A stretch of 61,352 nt of DNA, counting the filler, from Syncephalis fuscata S228 (lineage: Eukaryota; Fungi; Zoopagomycota): NCBI GenBank assembly GCA_025786725.1. It is 3 parts of 3 records of this genome, joined end to end, with 100 filler letters (N's around TTAATTAATTAA, not from the genome) between each part and the next. Parts side by side here need not be neighbours in the genome. Positions count along the whole stretch, not along the records: positions 35,769 to 61,352 come from JAHLTZ010000118.1; 2 more parts are not named here. One strand, 5' to 3'. Below, one piece after another: positions 38,219 to 54,360 of the stretch; position 1 is the first letter of the stretch; every line of letters begins with the position of its first letter. Below the pieces are notes generated by a model. That model did no database searches and was not told the origin of the DNA. It worked only from the letters and a program-made list of their open reading frames with translations. The translations under genes and the position numbers were made by a program.

Positions 38219-38416
38219 TTATCCACAATAGTCGCGACAAGACTTATAACGACATTTGTCGTAGTCAAGCCTCCACCAACGAGTGCAGTCTTTAATGCAA
38301 GCTTTGCAATCCGCAGGCTTAATTAAAGATGGATCTGGGTTAGCGTCCACCATGGTGGTTGTAGTGGCTATCAAAGCCACAACGACGGTGCAAACGACGG
38401 CAATAGAAAGCTTCAT
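38219..38416 (-). CDS. Small secreted cysteine-rich peptide (65 aa; C-X2-C-X3-C-X10-C-X4-C-X3-C)
   Basis: Signal peptide ending VDA, cationic Trp-containing mature part, six Cys conserved in the paralog. Confidence 0.88.
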   Translation of the reverse strand: MKLSIAVVCTVVVALIATTTTMVDANPDPSLIKPADCKACIKDCTRWWRLDYDKCRYKSCRDYCG

Positions 38417-38702
38417 AGTGATATTAATTTGTTAAAACAAACAAATAAACCAGATAATAGATTGTGTGGTATAAAATGTATAGTAGTGTGTGTTTGGCAA
38501 GAAGTAGAGTGATGATGATATCGCAGTTGGTTGTGTATATTTTGTGGGCTATTTAAACTTATGGTTTACTGAGATGCTAGTATACTGTAGTATATGAGGT
38601 ACACTATTGATGTGTAATATGAGCCAATAGAGCAATCCAAATAATGGTTTAAGGTACACATGTCCAGTAGATTCAGGGTGTGATAGTGTGCTTCCTAGGC
38701 TT

Positions 38703-38786
38703 AATTTCAACTTGTTCTGTCTTGATTTAACCTGTCCGGTCTTGATTTTAACCTGTCTGGTCTTGATTTTAACCTGTCCGGTCTTT
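38703..38786. repeat. 20/21-bp tandem repeat GATTTTAACCTGTCCGGTCTT x4 upstream of the peptide gene
   Basis: Four units here, three in the duplicate at ~52921-52982. Confidence 0.85.
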
Positions 38787-40368
38787 ACTTCAATCTACCA
38801 GTCATGTACACAAATAACATAACAACGTTCATAATCCAGTACATATGTGATAAAAATAGTCATACTAGCCTGTATTTTTTGTTATACGATTTAGCTATTT
38901 GGTAAAAGCAGGTATATTGTTTGGCTTTGTAAAGCGATAATGATGTTTTGCTGCCATTTCCACTGATCTGGTCCTCAATATCTGCATACATACAAAAATA
39001 GCACCCAATACTGATACAAAACAAGTTTAATATATCAAACTGGTATTTTATACAGGTTTTACAGCCATACATGGGTCAGCCATGATTTTTAAATTATAAA
39101 TGTGTTGATTGGTACATGTATGCATTTCATTCGACACTATACCCATTTTATGGGGCAATAGTTGTTTCGAATTCACAAATGCATCGCATCCAGACATATC
39201 ATGCCACATGTGCAACTACGATCATTCAAACGACGGTTAATCTAAATTATCTGAAGCTGCCTATACAATAAGTACTGTTTGTAGGATGATGCACCATGAA
39301 ATTCTGAGCAATGAAACATTCCAACAAGTTATTTTTATCAGTTTTTCAGCTGTAGACTAATTGCATTGGTTAAATTATACGCAATGCGATATGTGGACAC
39401 TAAACTAGACGCTGTAGAAAGTCCTACCCAAATATCAGCAATTTCAAGTGCATAGTAGCTGTGGATTGTATATCAATTGGCAATCATCCAAGGCCTAAGT
39501 ACTGCTTACATTTCTGAAACCAACTCTGACAACAAGTTAAGCAAGATGGAGTGTAGAAGAACAAGCCGAAGCAGAACCAATAGGAAAACAATTAGAAGCT
39601 TGAAGGTTTACTGGTTTAACCTATAGCAAACCATTGTAGTTATGCTAAGCTGGACTGCGTTTATCATAAAGTTGACTGTTGCTGATGCAACCAGAACAGC
39701 AGCAACGTCAAATTGAGATAGCGCACAGAAAACAAAGAGTCATAAATAAAATTGAATCAATGAGTTTAGTTTGTAAATAGTTTATTATTGTCACTATAAT
39801 TTATAATCCTGGTTGTTTGTATAAATAAACATTTACAATCACGTTGTAGCTTCTTATATACTCATATGTGCACGACCACCAACTAAGCCAATTATTATAA
39901 AGCTTAATCTAATTATCTATCAGAGTAAGCAGCTAACATTATACATTATTGCAATAATAGAAAACAGATTAATTCTATTTATTGCCCATTAACAAAAGCT
40001 GTATAGCTATATTAAAATAAAACAAAACATTGGATTAAGCGAGTAATATTTATATGATCAAGCCATTTTTACTTTGACTCCCACATTTTGAGTTCTTAAA
40101 GTAAAATTCATTTCAATTTAAGTCGCACTATTATGCGCAACACAATTATATTGCTTCCTATTAAGTGTTGTTAATAGATTGATTTGAATAAAAAATGTAA
40201 CATACTAGTTGATTTCATTGAAACATTTGAGGCCGATTATTGTTATTGTTGGCCATGTGTAAAAAGATTGTTCGAATATTAATAAAAGTGAAACAGATGA
40301 AATAAAAAATGTAAAACAAACAATAGCTTCTATGGCTTAATTATTTTTGGTACCTTTATTGACTAATT

Positions 40369-41666
40369 ATGGCGACTAACAAGCTACAGAAAACACAGCT
40401 ACAACAATTATTGCGTCGATTAGTGCAATCGCCAGAAACATTCACTGCTGAACATGCGTATACAGCACTGACCGACATACTAAGTGGTAATGCAACACCA
40501 AGTCAAACGGCAGGTTTTCTTACGAGCTTGCGTGCCCATCAGCTCGACCATAAAGCGGATATTATAGCAGCGTGTGGCAAAGTACTGATTGAACAAGCGG
40601 GAAAAGTGCCACTTGCTGACTACGCTTTATCGGCCAACGATATTGTCGATATTGTTGGTACGGGTGGTGATGGTCACGACACGTTTAACGTATCTACTTC
40701 AGCGGGTATTGTTGCCGCGGCTGCCGGTGCTTGCGTGGCCAAGGTAAAAATAGCAACGTAGCGAATATACATTCGATGAACGGTAATAGCTAATTTTAAC
40801 TAATTTGGCTTTGTTTATGTGTGTGTGTGTGTGTGTGTATCACTAGCATGGTAATCGTGCCTCATCGTCGGCTTCTGGTTCGGCCGATTTACTAGAAGCG
40901 TTAGGTTGTCAGATTAGTAAATTGACACCTGAACTTGCTGCTCGTCTTTTGGCAGAAAATAACTACTGTTTTTTATTTGCGCAAACTTACCATCCAGCCA
41001 TGGCGCATGTGGCATCAGTGCGTAAGGAACTCGCCTTTCCTACAGTATTTAATCTGCTAGGACCGCTTATTAATCCGGCTCAGCCTAAACGAATAGTTGT
41101 AGGTGTAGCCGCTGCATCTTTAGGACCTACTATGCTTGAAGCATTGCGTATTGGTGGTGCAGAACGAGCATTGGTTGTTTGTGGTGAAGAAGAATTAGAC
41201 GAGGTAAGTAAATACGTTTATTATAATACGGCTAATTAATTTACTGCTATTATTAATGTATGTAGATTAGTACAGCTGGATATACGAATGTAAGTATTTA
41301 TAATCATATTTATTAACTGTGGTATTAATCAATTGGCTAATTAATTTTCATTATTAGGTGTGGCAATTACTAGATGGAAATGTAATGCATTTTAAACTTC
41401 ATCCTAATGATTTTGGATTATCAGTCCATCCACTGGATAAAATACGCGGTGGTGATTCACATCATAATGCTGCCATATTACGTGAAATATTGGCGGGTCA
41501 GCGAAAAGATGCCATCTTGGATTTTATTCTATTAAATGCCGCAGCACTACTGGTCGTTGCTGGTAAAGCCGCCGATTGGAAGGCTGGTGTAGCATTGGCT
41601 CGAGACGCGATTGAGTCAGGACGGGCCACACAAGTATTGGCACGGTTTGCAGCGGCTACGTCATAG
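40369..41666 (+). CDS. TRP4: Anthranilate phosphoribosyltransferase, 4 exons
   Basis: DIVGTGGDG.DTFNVST, KHGNRASSS.SGSADLLEALG, FNLLGPLINP and LDEIS motifs. Confidence 0.97.
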
Positions 41667-41886
41667 TTTTATTTTATAAAAAGCAATATGTTTGGTTAAA
41701 GTGGTCGAAATAAATAAATTAGTGCAGCTACTACGATGTAGTAATAATACAGCATAGAATAGGCTATGCAATGTTTATTAAAATTGTCGCTATATTAAAG
41801 AAATCAAAACTAATAATAAGCGCTAAAAATGAAATAAAAATAGAGTTAGATAATTAATTGGTATCGTGCTAATATTGCTATTCTTG

Positions 41887-44389
41887 CTATTCTTGCTGTT
41901 CATAGCTAGCCGATCGTTTACTCGATTCTGGTTTTGATCTTGTCTCGTTTACAGATTCCGATTCGATTACTTGAATTTCATCGGTAGCGGTAGTTTCAAA
42001 AGAGCGTTGTGTATTTAGCGGACGAATAAATGATAAAGCACTCAGATATTTTGTTTTACGGCTCGTTACACTATCACGTAGTCGTTGCCGTAAATTACCT
42101 GATGATGTCTGCTCTCCAGGTGTTGCTTCGTAGGCTGGTGGCGGTGCTTCCACAGTAGACACTGTAGCCATAGTAACTAACGAACGAGGACTATCTGGAT
42201 AACGAGACGGTGATAGCAAGTTCGATGCGGCTCGTTCACGCTCCTTTAATCGAACAGCCATATCCACGGCATTATCAAGTTCTTCTTCGTTAAGACAGGA
42301 CAGATTTGTATCAGTGACGGAGTAATACGCATTATGGGTGCCCAGATCCGTCCAAAGTGATATGTCAGAGTCACGATTCGCCTTTCTGCCCAGTGCAAAG
42401 TTAGAGGCAAAGGTTGGTCGATGTGTACGCTGTCCTTCACTGCTTCCAGAATTACTAAGACCGGATTTATTGCTACCTGTCGTGTTTTTAGCATTAAAAC
42501 GTTGTGTGCGCTTAGCAGATGGAGTTGATCGTTTATTGGCGGCAATAGTCATGGCGGCAGCTTCAGCCTTTCGCTGCTGTCGAACTGCTTCACCACGCAG
42601 CAATTGTTGTACAATAAGTGTCGATGCCACAACATCTAATAAAGTAATTAGTATTAGTTATACAACATTAAATGCATATATTCATTACTTACAGTCAACG
42701 CTGTAAAGCGCATTTGTGATATACGGTGGCATAGCTTGACTGACATAGAGTAGTGGGCAGAATACACTTGAGGCACAGGCACATACCAAATAAATAAGAC
42801 CATCTCGAGCTAGAGCATCGTAGACACGCGCAGCATTGCTGGCCATTGTGCATCGATGTCGCATCACCACGGCCAAGAAGAGGCCAGAGCATACAAGGTT
42901 ACTTAATACATCTATGACAATCTTGCTGTAAAATGTCTCGATACTAATACCAAATAGCATGTATGGTGCGAGACAGCCATCATTCGGTAGATGCTTTACA
43001 TCAAGCGCATATACCCGTACCGCATTATAAGTCAATAGTGCAACAACGACGATTTCCACGCCAATGCCTACAACGGCCACCCAGTAGGCACGCTTATGGC
43101 CATAATAGGCTTTAACCATAAGAATACCCGCCACAGCTCCGGTGCCCAAATAGCCGGTAACAAGTCCAATAGCGCGAATAACCTTACATGGCACAATTTG
43201 ATCTTCACTGTCGCCATCGCCCACAAGTAATTGCGGTATCAACGGTAAATGGGCCATTAATACACCCGCGGTCAGCATGACTAATAGCCAACGCGCAGGA
43301 TTTCCACGATCACGATTCAATAAGATCGACGAATTAATTGCATTACTTAGCGCAAAATAAAGCACAATACTAAGAATGCCACGACTTATCATACGGCCGA
43401 CAAAGCGATCACGTTCGCTTGCTATATACCAGCGTTCATTGGTGGCCGAGAAAGAGAAGAAATCTGGCTCTGGTTCAAGTTGTGTATCAACCGGCGCTAG
43501 ATTGGTACAAGCATGGACAACTTGCGGCTCATTCTGGCGGTGAAGTGCTAATGAGAAATTAACAAAGGCACGCGCTCCTTGCCGTGTCTCCAGACGTGGA
43601 TGCAAACTGAGTGTCAGCTTGGGCAAAGTAAGATTGGCAATAGGTGGCTGTAGTGTGGCATTCAAAGAGGCTAATCCGTAAATAACACGACAGCAATCAG
43701 TTAGCATATAGCCAAAAATAGCTAGTTTATATCGACTTACCTGATAGATCACCCAGCATACAGGAACCAAAATGGCCAGGGAAGCATTTGTACCGTGTAG
43801 ACGACTCCGATGAGGACACAACAGGTGGACGTGAAACAGTCCGCCATGTATTAACAATATTCTCTCTATCTGGTACAAAATCCGTGGCTTTAAACGGCTT
43901 GCCATCATCGGGCATGCCATCCCAAGCATTCAACGAGGCCAGACTAACGATAGGTGCCTCGCCTGTACCCGCCGGAATAACTTGTTGTGGCTGATTAGGA
44001 TAACGAAAGTCTGGATCGTAGACTCGATTAATGTGTTGGCAGTAACCAACTGAAGTGGTGTTGCTGGTACCGGCTACACCCGCCGACAAGTCAATGCTGT
44101 CAGAAAGTGCATTTTCGTGCAACTTTATCAAATACACTGCCCGATCATTAGGATCAATTCGCCGGCTACTGATGTACACTCGACCATAAGGCAAGCTGCC
44201 ACCTGAATAAAAGGTAACTGTCACATCCATGGTAGGCGTACGTAGACGACCGCGGATTGCATCTAATGGTTCTAGACCGCTTCGCAACGGTATTGCCACT
44301 CTAACACCCGAAGTCGAAAAGTCTGCATTGACACATTGAACATCAATATGCAATACAATGAATAATATTATACTAAGAAAATAAAGCAT
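41887..44389 (-). CDS. Signal peptide + extracellular domain + seven-transmembrane (GPCR-like) protein, 3 exons (44389-43741, 43670-42693, 42635-41887)
   Basis: Spliced frame is open; seven hydrophobic segments, Cys before TM3 and in loop 2, LARDGLIY before TM6, Ser-rich tail with PPAY; start codon uncertain. Confidence 0.78.
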
Positions 44390-45095
44390 GTTGACTTTTA
44401 CACCATGAATGGGCATTCTATCTTGAATGTCCATTACGGCCAATCAACTAAATCTAATGGAGTTGAATGTATATTAAGGTGGAACAATAATAACAATAGT
44501 TATTTAACAAGCTAATAGACTATTTAACTCATTAATAGACCATAGATCATGTCCTTTGTCTGCACGTCTACACTATTATTACTACGATTAATAAACTACA
44601 CAATAACACTAGCAGTAACGCGATTAATGTACTATGCAAATAATAGGCACGAATAAATGGTGTTTGTATGAATTAATAGGACAAAATAAAACGAATGGAT
44701 GCCAGAACAAGGTGTGGCGGGCAATAAGATAGCATGTATTGTTTCGGTGTTTCATGAATAACTGAGCGGTGAAAAGAGAACTGGATTGTTATCTGCATGC
44801 GTCTCTCAATGGGTGCCATAGTGTAACCTCATTGTAGAAAGACAGCGCGGTCCGCATGGCAATGAACACGCGCATGCTAATAACAATGGCTGTGCTGTTG
44901 TTACAGCCCACCAATGACTATGGCGAATTGCATTTTAATTGGTAATACCGCGTGAATGCTTGGTTTCCCTGTCGCCTTTGGCTTTTTATCCACACAGTGT
45001 ACGTCATATTAGAGCCAATCTAGGCCAGAAAGAGGTGAGAGTAGATTTGATGTGGAATGGCAGCTACCATATCGATCCTGTATACTTTTTGCCCT

Positions 45096-45825
45096 TTATG
45101 ATGTCGATGTATGTCCTTTTGGAAAGGGCCGCACGGTCGAGGAGGCTAGAACAGCTTTGCGTCGTATCGTTATATGAATGGCCGAGTTGTGGCGTTCTTG
45201 TGCCTCTGGCATGCATTCCTAAATAAGACGAATAGTGTGTTAGTGCTTTTTATTGGTCTGGCTATTATTATTATTGGCCGTTGACTAAATCAATGTCACC
45301 TTGGCAGTTGTTGTGCCGAGTAAGAAATGCATTGGCGCCTACCTGATCTTTTGGATAAATATCATCGACTAGAGCGACAGTTGATGTAGTTGTTTGAAGG
45401 GATACTTGATGATGCATACTTGTTTCAATAGCCGTGGCCAGCTCAATGGCCCGGCCAATAGCTGCACCAAGTCCGTGAATAACAATAGTGTCGAATCTAT
45501 TGTCAAAGTGTTTATAATAAATATTAGAGTGCTATAGAATTATAATTATACATACTTTGCCTCGTTTGAAGCTAAAAGCTTTTTCGCACGTGCTAATTGG
45601 CCGTGGAATGAGCTTTTTCGCGTAACATAAATGTCGTTTGGTTTAGTTGCTGCTCTTTGTGGTGCTCGCTTGGCGATCCGACCTTGAGTTCCATTATTAG
45701 AACTGTTGTCGTGTCGCAGCTCACCATACTGTTAATGACTTACCTTGTATTGCGCGCTGTTGACGGGCAACTTGGCTAGTCCCCACGATCTTAAACGGAG
45801 TATTACTAGAGGATTGGGTACTCAT
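45096..45825 (-). CDS. POP7: RNase P/MRP subunit Pop7/Rpp20 (Alba fold), 4 exons
   Basis: Spliced frame gives KRAP, NDIYVTRKS, RAKKLL, IHGLGAAI.RAIELA, STVALVDD and RHNSAIHI. Confidence 0.92.
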
Positions 45826-46289
45826 TGTATAAAGTGCGTTACAAACAATACTGCGTAAAAAGTAAAAGTATAAAAAAATGGCGCTTCTTATCTTCAAAAA
45901 GCAAAGGCAATAATTTTAAAGAGTTTTCATAATTTTATGGATTTATTTTTCTTTACTGTTTATTATTTGTCATTCTTATTACACTCGTTGTGTTTTCTAT
46001 GAATATACTTGTCCTTATTGTTTGCTATCTATTCTTCTTATTACACTCATTGTTTTATTGATAAGATGTTTTATAATTATATTTGCTTTTATACTATTAA
46101 TTTTTATTCTTTCTTCTATTCCACCACTTGAACAATCCCCTCATCCACATTTCAATTTGCTCATAGCCTTTATATGTATAATGCCATTCAATTTATGACT
46201 TGTATTATCATATTATATATAGCATCTCATTTATTAATTAAATAAAAATAACCATTGTTTTTTGTATGTCAAACAATTTATTAGGCATT

Positions 46290-47135
46290 TAATGTGGTTT
46301 GTGTCAAATGACTAAATTTAATAACATTCGCCTAGTTGAACTACATTTTCCTTCTATTGAACATGGGGACAAGTGGTGAGTTTTATTTAATTGTCACATC
46401 ATCACATTGCTTTTTTGGGGACAAATGACTAATATTTAATGACGCCCAATCTATTGAACATGATGATGGGTGGTGAGTGACATCAGTCATCAAATACTCA
46501 TCATCATAGATTCGTTATCTAGTATGCATATATCCACCGTTTACCTATATCATTCCCATTCTGTCCCACACTACTATGTATCATTCTACGATACAATAGA
46601 CACATTTTATTGTTTATCTACACCAACACACTTTACTCATTCCACTCATTGCATTATATGCTTTCCACCGCACATTTATAATTTCATTTATCGTTCCATA
46701 CTCGTATAGTCTTCCTCTATTCAATGTTTTTTGTTTTTGTTCTAGCTTTATTATTAACAAATGTCGACTAATGTCGGTCATCTGTTTAATTACTTTAACA
46801 TTGCTAATCTCGTTCAATATTGTGTATTCATTATAATGTTTATCATTTTATTGTATATTGCCTATACGCTGTCTATAGTCGTTGTCGGTATGCTTCCAGT
46901 TCTTTTATGAATAAAAGTTAACATATCGCACTTAGTTTGTTCACTGAGGTATATTGGCTGAATAAATAATATGAATATGAACGAAGTTATGTTTTATTAA
47001 AAATATTTATAAATAAACTAGATTATGTCAATTAGTTATGATTTTAGTGTTAATCAAGCAAAGTGACGGGTCTACATAGTAATAACACATATTGTGATGA
47101 TATATGCGTACTGGATAATGAATCTATGATGATGC
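46290..47135. mobile_element. Second copy of the MITE-like element at 1704-2758, right end decayed
   Basis: 46305-46810 aligns to 1714-2290; inverted remnant at ~47100-47135. Confidence 0.7.
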
Positions 47136-47434
47136 AGTTTATTTAACTCAATTAACAAGTACTAAAAGTTAAAAGCTAAAAATGAAATGATACATAGCAT
47201 GTATATATTAAAGCAATAGCGAGAACTACGGAATAATATGGAATCGATCATATGACTTTTATTAATATTCAATCAATCTTCCTACACATGGTCAACAATG
47301 ATCGGTCTTGTTTCAAAAAAAATCAAATGATATGTTACACTATTTATTTAAAAGGCTACGGTTGCGTTTACTTTGCTCCCACATCTGTCCCCAAAGCGCA
47401 ATTTGTTTCAACTGAGGTTATGCTGTTGTTATAC

Positions 47435-47720
47435 GCAACATAATTATATTACTTCCTATTAAGTGTTGTTAATAAATTGATTTAGATAAAAGAATGTAAC
47501 ATACTATTTGATTTCATTGAAACGTTTTAGGCCGATTATTATTGTTGTTGGTCATGTGTAGAAAGATTGATCGAATATCAATAAAAGCCATATGGTTGCG
47601 ATTCCATGCCATTCTGCATTTGTTGTTATTGTATCTACGTGCAATGTAAATTATTGCACCTAAATGGTCTTTTCTATTTTCCAATATTCCACTATTGCAT
47701 TTTGGGCATATTTGTGATGT
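47435..47720. repeat. Dispersed repeat copy (family also at 21920, 37329, 40140 and inverted at 51335-51630, 54230-54450)
   Basis: CTTCCTATTAAGTGTTGTTAATA...ATTTCATTGAAAC...CATGTGTAGAAAGATTG shared. Confidence 0.85.
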
Positions 47721-48532
47721 AAGATCATGATTAATATAATTAATCCCTTAATTATTTCTAATAAAATTTAATAATTAACACAAGCTTAAAAAACAATACA
47801 TTTACTAATAAACATCACAACTATAACATAGCTTAATAATATAGACATTTTAATAAACTAATGTTTATTAATAAACAATTTACTTTTGCAGTGTCGTCTA
47901 AATCTGACAATTTATTGCTATTATTGTGTATAACGCGCTATAAGTGTCCAACTACTTAGCTACTAGACCACAAGTTAGTAGCAAGCAACCGATAATACAA
48001 TATCAATTATTTCTTTCATATCATCTACCCGCCCATCGGCCTCTATCCTGTTTGCTAAACTAAAAGCGTAACACTTCTATAACAAAATGGCTATCACATG
48101 GCCACTAGATTATAACTCTGCCACACCTAACGACAGTACAATTATTACCGCCGCATATGTCTTTTAGGTTACACCAAGAACATGTTCTGCAAAATTAACA
48201 CTAATAATGCTGAAACTGCAGTTGGCGTTAAAACAAACGTTTTTTTATTAAGAAGCAAATACAAACTACCAATGAAACAGCTATTACAAAGAAAAAAATA
48301 TGTAATTAACAATGTTCAGTTTGCAATGAACATTATTACAAGAAAATAAAGTGCAGTATAGGCAAATAATGAGTTAATTAATAAATAATTTTTAAATTTA
48401 AAAAACATTAAAAACGGTGGATTTTTAAAAAAATATATCATGGTGAAAGATTTATAAGTTTAAAACAATGTATTTTAGTAAATTCACCTTTATTAATCAA
48501 CCAATTAAATCATGGCAAACAATAACATCTTA

Positions 48533-50964
<2,432 letters not shown>

Positions 50965-51436
50965 ACTCAACTTTGTTTAAACAGCAATTACAACAGTAAA
51001 AACGACAGTAACAAAAGACCAATAAGTAGAAATAATAGCCGTAGCGGTTGGGGGAAGAAGAAGAATGGGTAGGGCACCATAGGCCAACCGTTTACTTACT
51101 TTTAGATATACGTCACCACGATGTATTGAACAAATGTGAGGTAGACTCAGCTAAATCAAAAACCATAGTTTTAATTCGGGTTGTCAGTCATTTCAGATAA
51201 TATGGTTTTGACACTGAATCACATGAGTCTACTATAAATCAATTAACATTAGGAAGCTATTATGCTTTTAACTTTCACATTTTTATTTATCCATTTCACC
51301 CTTCAACACTTTTGAATACAATTAAACATTTATTATCACAATAGCCCAAAATGCAATAGTAGAAGATTAGAAACTAGAAGAACCATTCAGATGCAACAAC
51401 AGATGTAGAATGGCCTAGAATTGCAATCATATGGTT

Positions 51437-54360
51437 TTTATTAATATTCGAACAATCTTTTACACATGGCCAACAACAATAATAATCGACCTCAAATGTT
51501 TCAATGAAATCAGATAGTATGTTACATTTTTTATTCAAATCAATCTATTAACAACACTTAATAGGAAGCAATATAATTGTGTTGCGCATAATAGTGCGAC
51601 TTTAATTGAAATGAATTTTACTTTAAGAACTCAAAATGTGGGAGTCAAAGTAAAAATGGCTTGATCATATAAATATTACTCGCTTAATCCAATGTTTGTT
51701 TTATTTTAATATAGCTATACAGCTTTTGTTAATGGGCAATAAATAGAATTAATCTGTTTTCTATTATTGCAATAATGTATAATGTTGGCTGCTTACTCTG
51801 ATAGATAATTAGATTAAGCCTTATAATAGTTGGCTTAGTTGGTGGTCGTGTACATGTGAGTATATAAGAAGCTACAACGTGATTGTAAATGTTTATTTAT
51901 ACAAACAACCAGGATTATAAATTATAGTGACAATAATAAACTATTTACAAACTAAACTCATTGATTCAATTTTATTTATGACTCTTTGTTTTCTGTGCGC
52001 TATCTCAATTTGACGTTGCTGCTGTTCTGGTTGCATCAGCAACAGTCGACTTTTTGATAAACGCAGTCCAGCTTAGCATAATTACAATGGTTTGCTATAG
52101 GTTAAACCAGTAAACCTTCAAGCTTCTAATTGTTTTCTATTGGTTCTGCTTCGGCTTGTTCTTCTACACTCCATCTTGCTTAACTTGTTGTCAGAGTTGG
52201 TTTCAGAAATGTAAGCAGTACTTAGGCTTGGATGATTGCCAATTGATATACAATCCACAGCTACTATGCACTTGAAATTGCTGATATTTGGGTAGGACTT
52301 TCTACAGCGTCTAGTTTAGTGTCCACATATCGCATTGCGTATAATTTAACCAATGCAATTAGTCTACAGCTGAAAACTGATAAAATAACTTGTTGGAATG
52401 TTTCATTGCTCAGAATTTCATGGTGCATCATCCTACAAACAGTACTTATGTATAGGCAGCTTCAGATAACTTAGATTAATGTCGTTTGAATGATCGTAGT
52501 TGCACATGTGGCATGATATGTCTGGATGCGATGCATTTGTGAATCGAAACAACTATTGCCCCATAAAATGGGTATAGTGTCGAATGAAATGCATACATGT
52601 ACCATCAAACACATTTATAATTAAAAATCATGGCTGACCCATGTATGGCTGTAAAACCTGTATAAATACCAGTTTGATATATTTAAACTTGTTTGTATCA
52701 GTATTGTGTGCTATTTTGTATGTATGCAGATATTGAGGACCAGATCAGTGGAAATGCAGCAAAACATCATTATCGCTTTACAAAGCCAAACAATATACCT
52801 GCTTTTACCAAATAGCTAAATCGTATAACAAAAAATACAGGCTAGTATGACTATTTTATCACATATGTACTGGATATGAACGGTTGTTGTTATTGTGTAC
52901 ATGACTGGTAGATTAAAGTAAAGACCAGACAAGTTAAAATCAAGACCGGACAGGTTAAATCAAGACCGAGCAAGTTGAAATTAAGCCTAGGAAGCACACT
53001 ATCACACCCTGAATCTACTGACATGTGTACCTTAACCATTATTTGGATTGCTCTATTGCTCATATTACACATCAATAGTGTACCTCTATACTACAGTATA
53101 CTAGCATCTCAGTAAACCATAAGTTTAATAGCCCACAAATATACACGACCAACTGCGATATCATCATCACTCTACTTCTTGCCAAACACACACTACTATA
53201 CATTTTATATCACACACTCTATTGCCTGCTTATTTGTTTGTTTTAACAATTATATCACTATGAAGCTTTCTATTGCCGTCGTTTGCACCGTCGTTGTGGC
53301 TTTGATAGCCACTACAACCACCATGGTGGATGCTAAACCAACCGCGGACATGGTGCTCCAGCTCTAGCTCTTATAGTCCTGCGGATTGCAGGTCTTGCGT
53401 TGATATATGCGCTCGTTGGCGGTGGGACAACGCAGCAAATGTCGTAAAGTGGAATGTAGCGGAATGGTGTGAAAAATAAATGATTTCAAGACATTAGCAT
53501 TGGTAGTGCAACCAAACCGCTATCCCGATCACTTTAGATATATATTCGTCAAAAGCAAAAGCATCTAGCAACTACGCCGTTCAGTCGACTTACATACCAG
53601 ATATTGGCCAATGCTCCGGTTTATGCACTTTAATCAATAAAATCATTATTTTATTAACAAGTTTACAATTGGTTGCTCCTATTCGATTGTGCAGGCTTAT
53701 AATAATGAACTTGTAATTCCATCTTAACAAAATAATAGTAATAAAACCGCCAATTAGTTTTCAACACTAAGAACTGTTATTTGTTGAAACAGTGCTATGT
53801 CAGCTACATTTGAATTAGTTTGAATAAATCAGTCTGTACTATTTTCAATATTCGATATTAGTATTAATAAATGCTATAATATTTAACATTATTAAAATAT
53901 AACAAATAGATAAATAATAGTAATAATAATGTTAATCCATGTGTTGTTTTTGTAAGTACTCAAATCAGTATAATTGGATATTTAATGGCACTCACCATCC
54001 ATCGCCATATTCAATAAAATAAATATTATTAAATCTAGTCATTTAACATCAAATCATACTAAATGGGTAATAGCTTCAATTATATTGTATAATAATGTTA
54101 AATGAATACAATATTTTATATGATGATACGGTTTATTTAACTCAACCAATAAATGTCAAAGTTGTTATAAATGTAATGGTACATAGCATGGATATATTGA
54201 TATAACAACGACGCGAAATGATATGGAATTGCAACCATATGGCTTCTATTAATATTCGAACAATCTTTCTACACATGGCCAACAACAACAATAATCAACC
54301 TCAAATGTTTCAATGAAATCAGATAGTATGTACATTCTTTTATCTAAATCAATCTATTAA
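51437..54360. repeat. Inverted copy of 37329-40287
   Basis: Reverse-complement match with scattered 1-bp deletions, many in homopolymers. Confidence 0.96.
53260..53479 (+). pseudogene. Second six-Cys secreted peptide gene; frameshifted as assembled (pseudogene or consensus error)
   Basis: Identical signal peptide; shifted frames give PADCRSCVDICARWRWDNA.KCRKVEC..WCEK-stop. Confidence 0.7.

Larger units (their letters stand above)
37329..40287. repeat. ~2.95-kb segment duplicated in inverted orientation at 51437-54360
   Basis: Near-identical reverse complement; both ends lie in copies of one dispersed repeat. Confidence 0.96.

Noticed and set aside
39530-39730. Possible coding remnant inside the duplicated segment
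   Set aside because: Stops in all plausible frames and no recognisable motif
37329-40287. LTR retrotransposon (segment bounded by direct repeats)
   Set aside because: No gag/pol, PBS or TG...CA ends; the bounding repeats are partial copies of a dispersed family
19921-41666. Tryptophan gene cluster (IDO plus TRP4)
   Set aside because: Separated by an artificial gap and unrelated genes; linkage not established
42246-45226. Antisense and alternate-frame ORFs over the 7TM gene and POP7
   Set aside because: Shadow ORFs of real genes
53337-53486. Diversity-generating-retroelement-style adenine mutagenesis of the peptide
   Set aside because: Differences include many G, C and T positions and no reverse transcriptase is present
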